A DNA stretch of 51,778 bases, from positions 1 to 51,778 of IMG/VR virus record IMGVR_UViG_3300043783_000043; one strand, written 5' to 3'. A program made the position numbers and the translations under genes. The notes below the pieces were generated by a model that was not told the DNA's origin, made no database searches, and worked only from the letters and a program-made list of their open reading frames with translations. Below, one piece after another: positions 1 through 9,036 of the stretch. Source of the stretch: a virus. Its lineage: Duplodnaviria; Caudoviricetes. The first letter of the stretch is position 1; each line of letters begins with the position of its first letter.

Positions 1-136
1 ACTGCGCGCCGAACTCGCTAAACAAAAAGGCCCGTGGTAGTCCTTAGTGATCACAATTTCGTGATATGCGTATCCTTAAGGACAGGTATGCAAAAATAGT
101 TCTTGCAATCCTTTAGGACTGTGCTAGATTAAGCAT
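1..136. repeat. Direct terminal repeat / circular overlap, left copy
   Basis: Identical to 51643..51778 except G127 vs A51769. Confidence 0.95.
103..130 (+). promoter_or_regulatory. Sigma70-like early promoter P1
   Basis: TTGCAA(103-108)-16 nt-TAGATT(125-130) with GCTA context; near-duplicate of the promoter at 591-619. Confidence 0.65.
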
Positions 137-159
137 CGTTGAAACGTTGGAGAACGAAC

Positions 160-387
160 ATGGCACTCAGAAAGACGACTATCGCAAAAGAGGCATTGCG
201 ACAGCTTGAAGCTATTCGCGAGCTTGCTACGGAAGGGCGTTCATGGGCCTTTCACGCCAATTCCGCCAACAACTACATGCGATCGGTTGTTGCGGCGGGA
301 TGGGTACTCCCCGACTGGATTATCAAAGACTGGCGATTCCTACGTACGCAAGGATGGACCGTTGATTATTTCACCAATTGCAAGTGA
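160..387 (+). CDS. Small early hypothetical protein (75 aa, MALRKTT...)
   Basis: ATG160 preceded by the conserved leader AAACGTTGGAGAACGAAC. Confidence 0.75.
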   Translation: MALRKTTIAKEALRQLEAIRELATEGRSWAFHANSANNYMRSVVAAGWVLPDWIIKDWRFLRTQGWTVDYFTNCK

Positions 388-590
388 CGCACGTTTATAC
401 ACGTTAAAAAATTGTGGCGAAAACGACAGGTCAATATGAACGAACATGAAATCGTCCACGGTTCGTTCATGGGTATTTAGTATGGCTCGGCGTACGTACG
501 CACAGGTAATCGCTGCGGCGCAGACAATTCTCAAACTATCACAAAATGTTTCAAAACAGAACGGACCGCGTACGTACGCCAAAAACCGAA

Positions 591-619
591 TTGACAATCC
601 CTTAGGACTGTGCTAAATT
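591..619 (+). promoter_or_regulatory. Sigma70-like early promoter P2
   Basis: TTGACA(591-596)-17 nt-TAAATT(614-619). Confidence 0.75.
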
Positions 620-626
620 GAGCATC

Positions 627-755
627 GTTGAAGGACGGGGTGATTGCAGGAAACCGACAAGCAGACGGACGCACCGAGGGGAACGCCAGAGCGACTGCCC
701 CAAGGGAATGAACCGAAGCCCCCCACCGGACCCTGCAATCACCCCGTCCTTTAAC
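627..755 (+). ncRNA. Candidate structured RNA closed by a long terminal stem
   Basis: Perfect 20-bp inverted repeat 631-650 / 732-751 (24 bp with one G-U), starting just after P2; 81-nt interior has only 2 T; family not recognised. Confidence 0.45.
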
Positions 756-782
756 CACCCTCACAAACGTTGGAGAACGAAC

Positions 783-1061
783 ATGTGGACAGTTCGCCTA
801 GGTGCCTATTCGCTTGAACAAGATCAGGTCGGCAAAGGGTGGCACGTTGTGCATACTGAAAGCTTTCCAACCGCGCCGGAAGCCTTGACGGCTCTCAACG
901 CTAGTTTCGGAAAGCCGGGAATCACAACTTATGAAATCGTGTCGCCCGAAGGGAAAGCGCTCGCGCTAAATGATGCGTACCGTACGCACTATGGCGAAGA
1001 ACCCATTTATTCAAACAAGGGTTACCGCTACCCGCGGCAACGCAACCTTAACTCTAAATGA
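783..1061 (+). CDS. Small early hypothetical protein (92 aa, MWTVRLG...)
   Basis: ATG783 after conserved leader 765-782. Confidence 0.75.
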   Translation: MWTVRLGAYSLEQDQVGKGWHVVHTESFPTAPEALTALNASFGKPGITTYEIVSPEGKALALNDAYRTHYGEEPIYSNKGYRYPRQRNLNSK

Positions 1062-1078
1062 AACGTTGGAGAACGAAC

Positions 1079-1327
1079 ATGATCACACTAGACGATGGTC
1101 GCGTGTTCCCCTCTTTTGATGGCAAGCCGCTGTCATGGGATATTGGCTCAGTATGTACGCAAAAAGACGAAAGCGAAGGTTTTCCCCGTACACGCGCCGT
1201 AATCCAGGCAATGCGCGAATACCGGCCCGAACAGCTTGAACGTGAGCGTAGATTGTATCTCAAACACAGCTTCGACCGGATATTTGGGCACAATGCTCGC
1301 AAGCTGTTGGCGCTAATCGAAAACTGA
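1079..1327 (+). CDS. Small early hypothetical protein (82 aa, MITLDDG...)
   Basis: ATG1079 after conserved leader 1061-1078. Confidence 0.75.
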   Translation: MITLDDGRVFPSFDGKPLSWDIGSVCTQKDESEGFPRTRAVIQAMREYRPEQLERERRLYLKHSFDRIFGHNARKLLALIEN

Positions 1328-1348
1328 ACTCAAACGCTGGAGAGTGAA

Positions 1349-1543
1349 ATGAAACTCGGAACTGAGGCACACCGCGAGGCGCTGGCAACTGACAATGCTT
1401 GGCAAGCCGAATTGGTGAAAGCATTCGGCAAGCACGCAGGTGACATGCGCTATCAAAGTCCTGGGAAGGGTGATCCTGGCACGGCACTACGCGCGGCTTA
1501 TGAAGCTCGCATGGCCGCACAAGCACGCTGGCACGCAGAATGA
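1349..1543 (+). CDS. Small early hypothetical protein (64 aa)
   Basis: Leader variant AAACGCTGGAGAGTGAAATG. Confidence 0.75.
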   Translation: MKLGTEAHREALATDNAWQAELVKAFGKHAGDMRYQSPGKGDPGTALRAAYEARMAAQARWHAE

Positions 1544-1579
1544 CCGTACCGGTTTCCCCTCAAACGCTGGAGAGTGAAC

Positions 1580-1726
1580 ATGGAAATCAACGTAACGCAC
1601 ATGGCCGAGAAGCACAAATGCGATGATCGTTGCATCAACGCCACCGGCCGCGTCATGAAGTGCGAGTGCTCTTGCGGCGGTAAGAACCACGGCAAGGGCG
1701 CCTTCAATTGCTCCCATGGGGCCTAA
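1580..1726 (+). CDS. Small Cys-rich, probably Zn-binding protein (48 aa)
   Basis: Not in ORF track; leader 1562-1579; motif CDDRCINATG...CECSCGGKNHG. Confidence 0.7.
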   Translation: MEINVTHMAEKHKCDDRCINATGRVMKCECSCGGKNHGKGAFNCSHGA

Positions 1727-1808
1727 CCCGCTTTCTGTTGGTCTCGCCGAAGCAAAGCACGCATTCGTCACAAAGACGTACATTCAACCTGCGGCGGAGG
1801 GCTGAAAC

Positions 1809-1964
1809 ATGAAATATGTATCTGAGGAAGCCTTCAACAAAACAATTGACTTGATGAACAAGCGTCGAGAGTTACTAGAACAAGCCCGCAACCCAAAGCT
1901 TACGCTGGCGCAAAAACTTGAATTGCGGCGGCAAGCGCTAGCAATCGATCCGATGGATACCTGA
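1809..1964 (+). CDS. Small hypothetical protein (51 aa, MKYVSEE...)
   Basis: GGAGG SD upstream; fills the gap before ORF 1967. Confidence 0.6.
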   Translation: MKYVSEEAFNKTIDLMNKRRELLEQARNPKLTLAQKLELRRQALAIDPMDT

Positions 1965-1966
1965 AC

Positions 1967-2227
1967 ATGGCACGTGACCGCTCGACTGGCATGCAAGATC
2001 GGTCCGCGTGGACACGCGTCGCGGAGGGGCCGAAATTCCTCCGCGGACGTGACTACTCGCATTTGATCGAGTTCAGACGGCCATGTTCTACCTGCGGAGA
2101 AGCGTTCTCAATCTTCGTCACGTGTCGCATCGCAGACGGCGAAGCGGACACCAACTCATTCGGCCTGATCAATTGCGACGCGCACAGGCGTACGCGAAAA
2201 GTAAAAAGAATGCCCTGGGAGATTTGA
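1967..2227 (+). CDS. Zn-finger-like hypothetical protein, paralog of 51167..51682
   Basis: RPCSTCGEAFSIF...NSFG...CDAHR; ends RMPWEI. Confidence 0.7.
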   Translation: MARDRSTGMQDRSAWTRVAEGPKFLRGRDYSHLIEFRRPCSTCGEAFSIFVTCRIADGEADTNSFGLINCDAHRRTRKVKRMPWEI

Positions 2228-2283
2228 CAGCCATAGGGAAACGGCGTTCAAATCCAAGAACTGATTCGCTTGCGGGGGACTCT

Positions 2284-2484
2284 ATGAAAGCGTTCATGCA
2301 GTTTTTTAAGCCGCCCGGGGCGGCATCGTCGCCGGAAGATCGCGTGCGCGTCGCTTTTAATGCCATGGCGACCGTGCTGCTCACCGGGCTTTCGGCGAAC
2401 CCTGAAAGCACGGTGGCCATGCGAAAGCTAATGGAAGCGCAGGATTGCGCGTTGCGTGCGTTGGCGTTCAAATCAGAAAGCTGA
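2284..2484 (+). CDS. Small helical protein resembling the Acb2/Tad1-type hairpin family (66 aa)
   Basis: MQFF...NPESTVAMRKLMEAQDCALRA resembles, from memory, the NPERTVALRKLLEAKDAAVRA family; GGGGA SD. Confidence 0.5.
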   Translation: MKAFMQFFKPPGAASSPEDRVRVAFNAMATVLLTGLSANPESTVAMRKLMEAQDCALRALAFKSES

Positions 2485-2498
2485 TTCGCAACAGAATA

Positions 2499-2533
2499 GC
2501 CCCCTGGGCGGTCTTGGATTCCGTCCAGGGGGC
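2499..2533. terminator. GC-rich intergenic hairpin before the primase gene
   Basis: GCCCCCTGGGCGG / CCGTCCAGGGGGC 13-bp stem with one G-U; no clear U tract on +. Confidence 0.35.
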
Positions 2534-2562
2534 CCGAATCATACACTCGCGAGCCACCGCGA

Positions 2563-4671
2563 ATGCATTCACTTCCTACTGTAACAGAACGCCCGGCGCA
2601 ACCCCCTCGCGCCCCATTAAAGCATGCTTTTCCTGCCACAATGCAGGCGTTTTGGGACGCCTCGATTGCGCGCGGCCTGTTCCCGCTTGCAATAGCGCCC
2701 GGAACTAAACGACCGATTGGCGAGGGCTGGAACTCCTGGACGATGCCGATCGCACATCCAGGCGCCGGCTCCATCGGCTACCGCTGCGTTGACCGCGGGC
2801 TAACAGGCTTTGATACCGACGTGAGCGAGCCAATCCTTTCAGCTCGGCTTCTGGCAGCCTTCCGCGAGGTCCTAGGGCCTAAGATTCCCGTGCGGTGGGG
2901 TAACAAGCCCCGGTTTCTTATCCCCTACTTTTTGACTGACGCGCCGGTCAAAGGCTGCACATTCGAATTTGCGACTGGCGAGAAGCTGCAGCTTATCGGC
3001 GGTCAGTTTGTCGCCTTCGGCCCGCATAAAGACACCGGACAGCCGTACGAATGGGAAAATTGGGATAGCGAATGGCCACGTCTGACGAAAGCGCAGGTGC
3101 TCGACGTGCTGGCGCGCGTACCTGCCATGGCCGGCACGTCGCTCCGCATGCACGCCGAGCACGAGACATGCGACCTGGCAGAGCTGCAAGAGGCCACACC
3201 GCAAACGGAAGATGAATGGCAAGCCGGGCGCGACGCTTCCATGCGCTATCTCGGCATGCTGAAACAAGAATTGATGGGAAGATGGGAGGGCCGCGGCTCA
3301 ACGATTTTCGCGATCGTGGGCGTGCTCAAATTCGGCGAAATGACCGGCTTGTGCACGCGGGAACAAATCGAAGGCGCCGTGATCGAGGCGGGCCATACTT
3401 TAGACGAAGGCCACGGCGGACGCGTGCTTGGCGAGGAGATAGCGCGGCACGATTCGTTGCCCGTACTCCGCGGCAACCTGATCATGGGTGCCATTATGGC
3501 CAGGCGTACATTAAAGCATGCTTTTTTAGAGGCGCAACGAGCGCCGACCTTGGCCGGATGTACGGGCTTTGAGCTTTCACTAAATGACGACACTGCGGAA
3601 CTGCCGTGGCTGCTTTACCAAAGGATTCTATGCGGCGAGGTCCATTTGTTCACTGGCCACTCGGGGGCCGGCAAATCAACTGTGGTCACGGATATAGTCT
3701 ATAGCTACCTGACTGGCACCGCATGGCTTGACGCGGATGTGGAGAAGACTGGCGGCCATGTAATGTGGATCGCCGCGGAGGATGATTACGGCACCGAGCG
3801 CCGCATGCGTCATCTTCTCAGGCAGCATCCTGACGGCCTTGCGCTCGCACAGCGGTTCCATTTGATTCGCGCAATTACTGAGCCCCTCGCCTTCGAGCAG
3901 CAATGCATTGCCCTGATCCAATCAATGGCGGCCATGGGCAAGCGCACCGACGTGCTCGTGCTGGATACCTGGGGAGCTTCGGGCCTGTGCTTTGCGGATA
4001 ACGACACGGAAGCAGTTCTCAGGGCCATGTTCATCCTAAAGCTGGTAGCGCGCCGTACGGAAACAGCATTGCTGATCACGGACCACTTGCCGCTCGGGAA
4101 CGAAGACGCGTGGCAAAAGGGCAACGGCGCCAAGTCGGGCAACAGCGGATTCGTCTATCGCATCACGGCTGGCAGGCAAGAACAGATTTCAATTGATTGC
4201 GGCAAGGCCCGCGGCGCTCCGAAGGCAAAGAGCTATGCCGGCCGAATCGTTTCGGAACCGTACGGGACTGATCGCAAGGGCCGCACAACCACCGTCAACG
4301 TGTTCCGACGCGAAAATGTTGTGAAAGAAGCCGAACAAACAGCGCCGATCCGCCTCGCTGCGATGTTGCCCGGCGCTGTGGCAGAGGGTATGGACGCCTT
4401 GCGAGGTGGGCAGATTGTCAAGTTTGAAAGTGTCAGCGAGCTGGGGAGCAAATTGGCCGATGACGAAGTTCCGGGCCACGTCGTCAACCGCGACGCAGCG
4501 TTCCGAATTTTCGGCAAAGATGGACTAAAAGGCTTGCTCGACTCGGGCTATTTACGTACAATGCGAAGCGCTCCGTACTATGCCGTTTACTCGCCAGTGA
4601 ATGGCCATACAAAGCATGCTTTAGTTATGCCGTGGGCAATAGAGCTACCGAAAAACGGACCATGGAGCTAA
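2563..4671 (+). CDS. Bifunctional primase-polymerase fused to a RecA-type (AAA_25/SF4-like) helicase
   Basis: N-terminal prim-pol motifs (PGTKRPIGEGW, GFDTDV, FVAFGPH); Walker A GHSGAGKST; Walker B VLVLDT. Confidence 0.85.
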   Translation: MHSLPTVTERPAQPPRAPLKHAFPATMQAFWDASIARGLFPLAIAPGTKRPIGEGWNSWTMPIAHPGAGSIGYRCVDRGLTGFDTDVSEPILSARLLAAFREVLGPKIPVRWGNKPRFLIPYFLTDAPVKGCTFEFATGEKLQLIGGQFVAFGPHKDTGQPYEWENWDSEWPRLTKAQVLDVLARVPAMAGTSLRMHAEHETCDLAELQEATPQTEDEWQAGRDASMRYLGMLKQELMGRWEGRGSTIFAIVGVLKFGEMTGLCTREQIEGAVIEAGHTLDEGHGGRVLGEEIARHDSLPVLRGNLIMGAIMARRTLKHAFLEAQRAPTLAGCTGFELSLNDDTAELPWLLYQRILCGEVHLFTGHSGAGKSTVVTDIVYSYLTGTAWLDADVEKTGGHVMWIAAEDDYGTERRMRHLLRQHPDGLALAQRFHLIRAITEPLAFEQQCIALIQSMAAMGKRTDVLVLDTWGASGLCFADNDTEAVLRAMFILKLVARRTETALLITDHLPLGNEDAWQKGNGAKSGNSGFVYRITAGRQEQISIDCGKARGAPKAKSYAGRIVSEPYGTDRKGRTTTVNVFRRENVVKEAEQTAPIRLAAMLPGAVAEGMDALRGGQIVKFESVSELGSKLADDEVPGHVVNRDAAFRIFGKDGLKGLLDSGYLRTMRSAPYYAVYSPVNGHTKHALVMPWAIELPKNGPWS

Positions 4672-4675
4672 TCAG

Positions 4676-5233
4676 ATGAGCGTTGGATCACACCCGATTG
4701 ATATCGACGACGTGCCTGCACGCTATGACGACCTTCGACTTGTTTTTCGTCGTCATCCTTTTATTGCCGACACTATCGATAATCTAATAGACACTGCTGT
4801 TGTCAATCACAATTTCGACATGCCGTTCACTGCCGGCTATAGTCGGTCTTGGCCTCCGCGTTACTATATTGATCGCCACGTCCCTGAAATGGTCCGTTTG
4901 CCAGTTTCCTCGCACAAAGAACTGTTTCGCATTTCTCGTTTTCTTCTTTGTCACGAAGTAACAGAGGTTGTGTTGCAACGTAAATTGTCCGTGCCGCACG
5001 AACGCGCCCATCATCTCGCTACTGCGGCTGAGTACCACGAAGTAAAACGCAAGAATATCAACCTTTTTGCTTATCGAACTTGGATGGCAAAATGGGTGAA
5101 GGCCGACGAAATACGTGCTAGTCGTACTCCGTACCTTCGCATTCCAGCCGATTTCGACACGACACCCATTGAAGCCGATCGTTCTGCCAGAGGCAGCATG
5201 CTGCTTGTACGCGTACGGGAAGCCATGCAATGA
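4676..5233 (+). CDS. Hypothetical protein, possibly metal-binding
   Basis: AGYS...YYIDRH...HEVTE...AHHLA; in operon context. Confidence 0.65.
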   Translation: MSVGSHPIDIDDVPARYDDLRLVFRRHPFIADTIDNLIDTAVVNHNFDMPFTAGYSRSWPPRYYIDRHVPEMVRLPVSSHKELFRISRFLLCHEVTEVVLQRKLSVPHERAHHLATAAEYHEVKRKNINLFAYRTWMAKWVKADEIRASRTPYLRIPADFDTTPIEADRSARGSMLLVRVREAMQ

Positions 5234-5391
5234 CAATAAACAAAGACGGTGAGTTCGACGGCGTGTGCGCGTGCGGCAAGAAAGAGAACGACGGCATACG
5301 GTGCCGTTTCGGAGCGACGCATAAAGTACCGCCTCCACGCGGTATGCCGTGGGAAACAGAACCGCGAAAGGCCATGCCATGGGAGCTTTAA
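5230..5391 (+). CDS. Small protein (53 aa) ending GMPWETEPRKAMPWEL
   Basis: Not in ORF track; ATGA-coupled to the upstream stop. Confidence 0.6.
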   Translation: MTINKDGEFDGVCACGKKENDGIRCRFGATHKVPPPRGMPWETEPRKAMPWEL

Positions 5392-5429
5392 GACAAACAC
5401 GTACATGCGTCACTCTGGAAGTGTCCGCA

Positions 5430-5633
5430 ATGACGTACGCGGAGATCGCCGGAAAACTCCGCGTTGCCGGCTACAATCACGCCTTTGACCGCAATGGCGA
5501 GATTGATATGCACGGGCTCGCGCTTGTGAAAGCCCCGGAGGCAGAGCCGGGCGAACAGTTCAATGAATTCTGTCGGGAGCCGCCATGCGCGTCGGATGTG
5601 TGCCGTCGTCAACGAAAATGTATGTACGCATGA
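5430..5633 (+). CDS. Hypothetical protein (67 aa, MTYAEIAG...)
   Basis: GGAAG SD; ATGA coupling to next gene. Confidence 0.6.
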   Translation: MTYAEIAGKLRVAGYNHAFDRNGEIDMHGLALVKAPEAEPGEQFNEFCREPPCASDVCRRQRKCMYA

Positions 5634-5941
5634 GTATGCCATGGGAACAACCGGAAGCTGACGACGTAGCGGCGACCGTACGCGCGTTACAAGCGGACCT
5701 ACAGTTCATGGTCAGCCATACAGGCATCCTCGTACGGAGTAGCAATGAAGCGCTTCGTATGGTTTTCAATACCGAACGCGGTCAGAGTATGCCAGACCCG
5801 CTCAAATGCACGTTCCGGGAGGGGACGGTAATGGAATTCCAAGACATTGGGATGCCACAGCCCGGAGTGCCGACGAAAACCATCAAGGACATAGTAACGA
5901 CAGCACTAGAACAAGCGTTTGCGTTAGGGTTGCAACCATGA
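5630..5941 (+). CDS. Hypothetical protein (103 aa, MSMPWEQ...)
   Basis: ATGA overlaps at both ends. Confidence 0.7.
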   Translation: MSMPWEQPEADDVAATVRALQADLQFMVSHTGILVRSSNEALRMVFNTERGQSMPDPLKCTFREGTVMEFQDIGMPQPGVPTKTIKDIVTTALEQAFALGLQP

Positions 5942-6504
5942 CCGTTGTCGCTTCTAATTTCGCGCGAAAGCCAAACGACCTCTACGAGACGGAGCCTTGG
6001 GCAACGCGCGTATTGCTGCGCCACTTTCCATCCGTACGCGGCCGTAAAATTTGGGAACCGGCCGCCGGCAATCATGCAATTGCGGACGTTCTATCGTTCG
6101 AGGGCGCAGACGTGTGCACGAGTGACGTGGCAACGTACAACAAAAAGCATGTTTTCATGTACGACTTCCTCGCAACGCCGACTGGCGGGAGTGGAGCAAC
6201 TGAACGCGACATAGTTACTAACCCGCCATACGGGCCGCACAATCGTGACGCAGCGCGATTCGCACGCTTGGCACTCCAGCGCACCGCCGGATGGGTGGCG
6301 CTCTTGCTTACGGCCAAATTTGACTTTGGCAACACGCGGTGTGATCTATTCGCCGACAATCCGCGATTTGCATTCAAGATCGCGTTAATCGACCGCATAC
6401 AGTGGTTCCCGAGCAAAATGCAAGGAACGGAAGACCATGCGTGGTTTTGTTGGGGGCCGTTGTTCCAGCCACCGCCACGTCTCTACTACGGAGGGAAAGA
6501 ATAA
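5938..6504 (+). CDS. Small phage DNA amino-methyltransferase (N6A/N4C type)
   Basis: DLYETEPW, SAM-binding motif IWEPAAG, catalytic TNPPY. Confidence 0.85.
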   Translation: MTVVASNFARKPNDLYETEPWATRVLLRHFPSVRGRKIWEPAAGNHAIADVLSFEGADVCTSDVATYNKKHVFMYDFLATPTGGSGATERDIVTNPPYGPHNRDAARFARLALQRTAGWVALLLTAKFDFGNTRCDLFADNPRFAFKIALIDRIQWFPSKMQGTEDHAWFCWGPLFQPPPRLYYGGKE

Positions 6505-6809
6505 TGCGTTACTGGCCGATTAGTTCTATCCGCAACTGGCCGTACTTGGCTCCGGAGGTCGTAAGAGGGTTGGATACGGCTCTCGCAACGCGGAAACTAA
6601 CGCAAGATTGTTATAGAGCGTGCATTCGTGCATGTGAATTCGTGCCGGCCGCACCCGTCGGATTAGTCTTGATTAAAGACGAAGGTTCGTTACCAAAGCA
6701 TGCTTTTTTAAAGCGACCGGAGGCGACAGAACTAAGTCACTTAGAACGTTCTTGCGTGTTTGAAAATTTTGATGGTGAAATGTTCCTTATGGTCAGCGCG
6801 TTGCACTGA
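6504..6809 (+). CDS. Hypothetical protein (101 aa, MRYWPIS...)
   Basis: TAATG coupling; GGAGG SD. Confidence 0.65.
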   Translation: MRYWPISSIRNWPYLAPEVVRGLDTALATRKLTQDCYRACIRACEFVPAAPVGLVLIKDEGSLPKHAFLKRPEATELSHLERSCVFENFDGEMFLMVSALH

Positions 6810-6812
6810 CAC

Positions 6813-6841
6813 TTGACACGAACGTACGTACGGTGTACAAC
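6813..6841 (+). promoter_or_regulatory. Sigma70-like promoter
   Basis: TTGACA-17 nt-TACAAC, with CGTACGTACG in the spacer. Confidence 0.6.
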
Positions 6842-6863
6842 ACATGAATCGGAGTGAATCACT

Positions 6864-7139
6864 ATGGCCCTAACCACCCCAAACAGCGAGCTAGCTAAAA
6901 CGGTCGGACGTGACTGGCTCGAAAACTACATGAAATCTTTTGCGCCGCACGTCCGATCGGAACGCGCCACGAGCAAGATTGTATCTGCGCTTTTCATCGA
7001 TGCGCTGGCAGGCACTCTTGCCCTTACAATCGCAGGACGGCAAGACAGCGAAGAAGAAATCCTAGGCGCTGCAATAGATTCACTACGAGATGCTGTGAGG
7101 CGCGACCTTCGACACCTCGGGGAGCTTGGACACAGATGA
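6864..7139 (+). CDS. Hypothetical protein (91 aa)
   Basis: GGAG SD; follows promoter. Confidence 0.7.
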   Translation: MALTTPNSELAKTVGRDWLENYMKSFAPHVRSERATSKIVSALFIDALAGTLALTIAGRQDSEEEILGAAIDSLRDAVRRDLRHLGELGHR

Positions 7140-7333
7140 CATTCTATATCGTGCGCAGTAAGAGACAAAAGGACGCTGGCCAGGGCGGTTACTTTGCGTC
7201 CCCGGACCTCGGCAGGGCGATCGACATTGCTCAATCCGAAGCTTCAAAACGATCCGAACGCATGTATGTTCAGGTTTGGAAACCTGCAACAAACTCAAAA
7301 CGTAAGTACGTTCAAAAGAGGCCGACGCGCTAA
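7136..7333 (+). CDS. Hypothetical protein (65 aa)
   Basis: ATGA coupling; ends just before the helicase start. Confidence 0.6.
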   Translation: MTFYIVRSKRQKDAGQGGYFASPDLGRAIDIAQSEASKRSERMYVQVWKPATNSKRKYVQKRPTR

Positions 7334-7334
7334 A

Positions 7335-8957
7335 ATGTTCGTCCCGCGTAAACATCAAATCGAAGGCGTACGGGCGCTAACCGAATACCCTGAACGTTTC
7401 AGCGTCGTCGAAGCATGCGTGGCCTCCGGCAAGTCAGCCATGCTCGGCATGCTGGCCGCCCACTATCAGCAACACGGTCGCATTCTCATTGTCGCTCACA
7501 ACAAAGAACTGGTGGTTCAAAATGACAAAGCATGCCGAGAACTCGGGTTGCGCCCTGGCATCTGTAGCGCATCCATCAGCACCAATGCCTTTGCCCGGAT
7601 CACAGTGGGAACTGTCGGAACGATCATTAACCGAACACACCTTTTCCGTGACGTGGTGGCAATTCTTGTGGACGAAGTGCACCGCGTACCGCCCGCCAAA
7701 TCTTCGCAGTACAGAGGGCTTTTCGATAAAATCAAAACTGCCAAAGTTCACGGCTTGACAGGTACGCCGTTCCGGGCCGATGGGACGGGTGATCTAGAGA
7801 AAACATTCGGTCCTGTCGTGTACAGGTACACATTCTTAGATGCACTCCGCGACGGCTATGTTAAGCCGTTAGTGCCTGTTGACGCAGGCGAAGACGAAAT
7901 AATCGATGTTGAGGGGCTGAAAACCATAAGCGGTGACTTCGATCTGGAAGAAATGGCGCCCCGTGCAATAAAACTTGCTCCAAGTCACGCAAAGACCATT
8001 TTAGATGTCATGCAGAAATTCAACCGACGCCGTGTACTGGTTTTCTGCTGCAACATAGCTCATGTTGACAAACTAGAATCGGAGTTCAAACGCCATGACG
8101 CTGCTACTGCCGGAGTGCACTCTAGATCGATTGTGGGGAAGCGCGACAAAGCCGTGGATGCCTTCCGGGCGGGGCACGTTCAGATTTTGGTGTCTTGCAA
8201 CATGTTCACCACTGGCTTTGATGTACCCGACATTGATTATCTTGCATTTTGCCGGGCCACCAAATCGGCAGTCTACTACGCGCAAGGTTTGGGACGTGGC
8301 GCTCGGATAACGCCGTATGCTGCAAATTGTCTCGTTTCGGATTTCGGTGGAAATATCGAACGGCACGGTGCGCTTGATGCTGTTGTCGCGACTCCGGGTC
8401 GAATGCTCACATGCGAGCGCGTGTTTGCGGATGATTGCCTATGCAACTGTTCGTGGGAAACTTGGGAGCATGGGCGGACGTGCCCTGCTTGCGAGACAGT
8501 CCATAAAAGCGCTCCCAAGTGTAAGCAATGCAGCGAACGTTTTGATCCTTACTACCACGGCATGCTATGCCCCCATTGTGGCGCGCAGCAAGCAGCAATT
8601 AAACAGTGTGCCGCATGTAGCGAACCGTACGCTGCATTTCTGCACCCTACTTGCCCCTTCTGCGGCTACGACAATGCAGTAGAACAATCGCCTGGCAAAG
8701 ACCTAAAAACCCGTGGGGGAGCTAACGAAGCGGTGACAGTGGCCAAGATTATCGAATCAGAACCGTGGCAAGCGGTTGTTTCTCCGCCAGTCAAGCAATC
8801 CGGCGGCGGGTGGCTGTTAACAACCAAATTCGCAACTGCGATCTGGCCTTACGAGCACCTCCCACAACCGCATTCGGTATTCCTGAAACGTGCACAGAAC
8901 GGACGCTACATGGCTGCAGGCATTTACGACGTTAACGGCGCAGTGCATCAAAAATAA
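7335..8957 (+). CDS. SF2 DExH helicase (RadD/UvsW-like) with C-terminal multi-CxxC Zn ribbons
   Basis: ASGKS, DEVH, GLTGTP, TGFDVP, QGLGRGAR, many CxxC. Confidence 0.9.
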   Translation: MFVPRKHQIEGVRALTEYPERFSVVEACVASGKSAMLGMLAAHYQQHGRILIVAHNKELVVQNDKACRELGLRPGICSASISTNAFARITVGTVGTIINRTHLFRDVVAILVDEVHRVPPAKSSQYRGLFDKIKTAKVHGLTGTPFRADGTGDLEKTFGPVVYRYTFLDALRDGYVKPLVPVDAGEDEIIDVEGLKTISGDFDLEEMAPRAIKLAPSHAKTILDVMQKFNRRRVLVFCCNIAHVDKLESEFKRHDAATAGVHSRSIVGKRDKAVDAFRAGHVQILVSCNMFTTGFDVPDIDYLAFCRATKSAVYYAQGLGRGARITPYAANCLVSDFGGNIERHGALDAVVATPGRMLTCERVFADDCLCNCSWETWEHGRTCPACETVHKSAPKCKQCSERFDPYYHGMLCPHCGAQQAAIKQCAACSEPYAAFLHPTCPFCGYDNAVEQSPGKDLKTRGGANEAVTVAKIIESEPWQAVVSPPVKQSGGGWLLTTKFATAIWPYEHLPQPHSVFLKRAQNGRYMAAGIYDVNGAVHQK

Positions 8958-9036
8958 AGACGTACGTCTGCTTGCGTACCATAGCAAACAGTGTCATACA
9001 CGCGTTGTGTTGATTCCATCAACGGGAGCAAGGGAA

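Noticed and set aside
1-136. Terminal repeat as proof of physical genome ends
   Set aside because: It starts inside a gene and its length fits an assembly overlap; it shows completeness or circularity only.
627-755. Retron or DGR
   Set aside because: No reverse transcriptase ORF and no TR/VR pair with adenine-specific differences seen.
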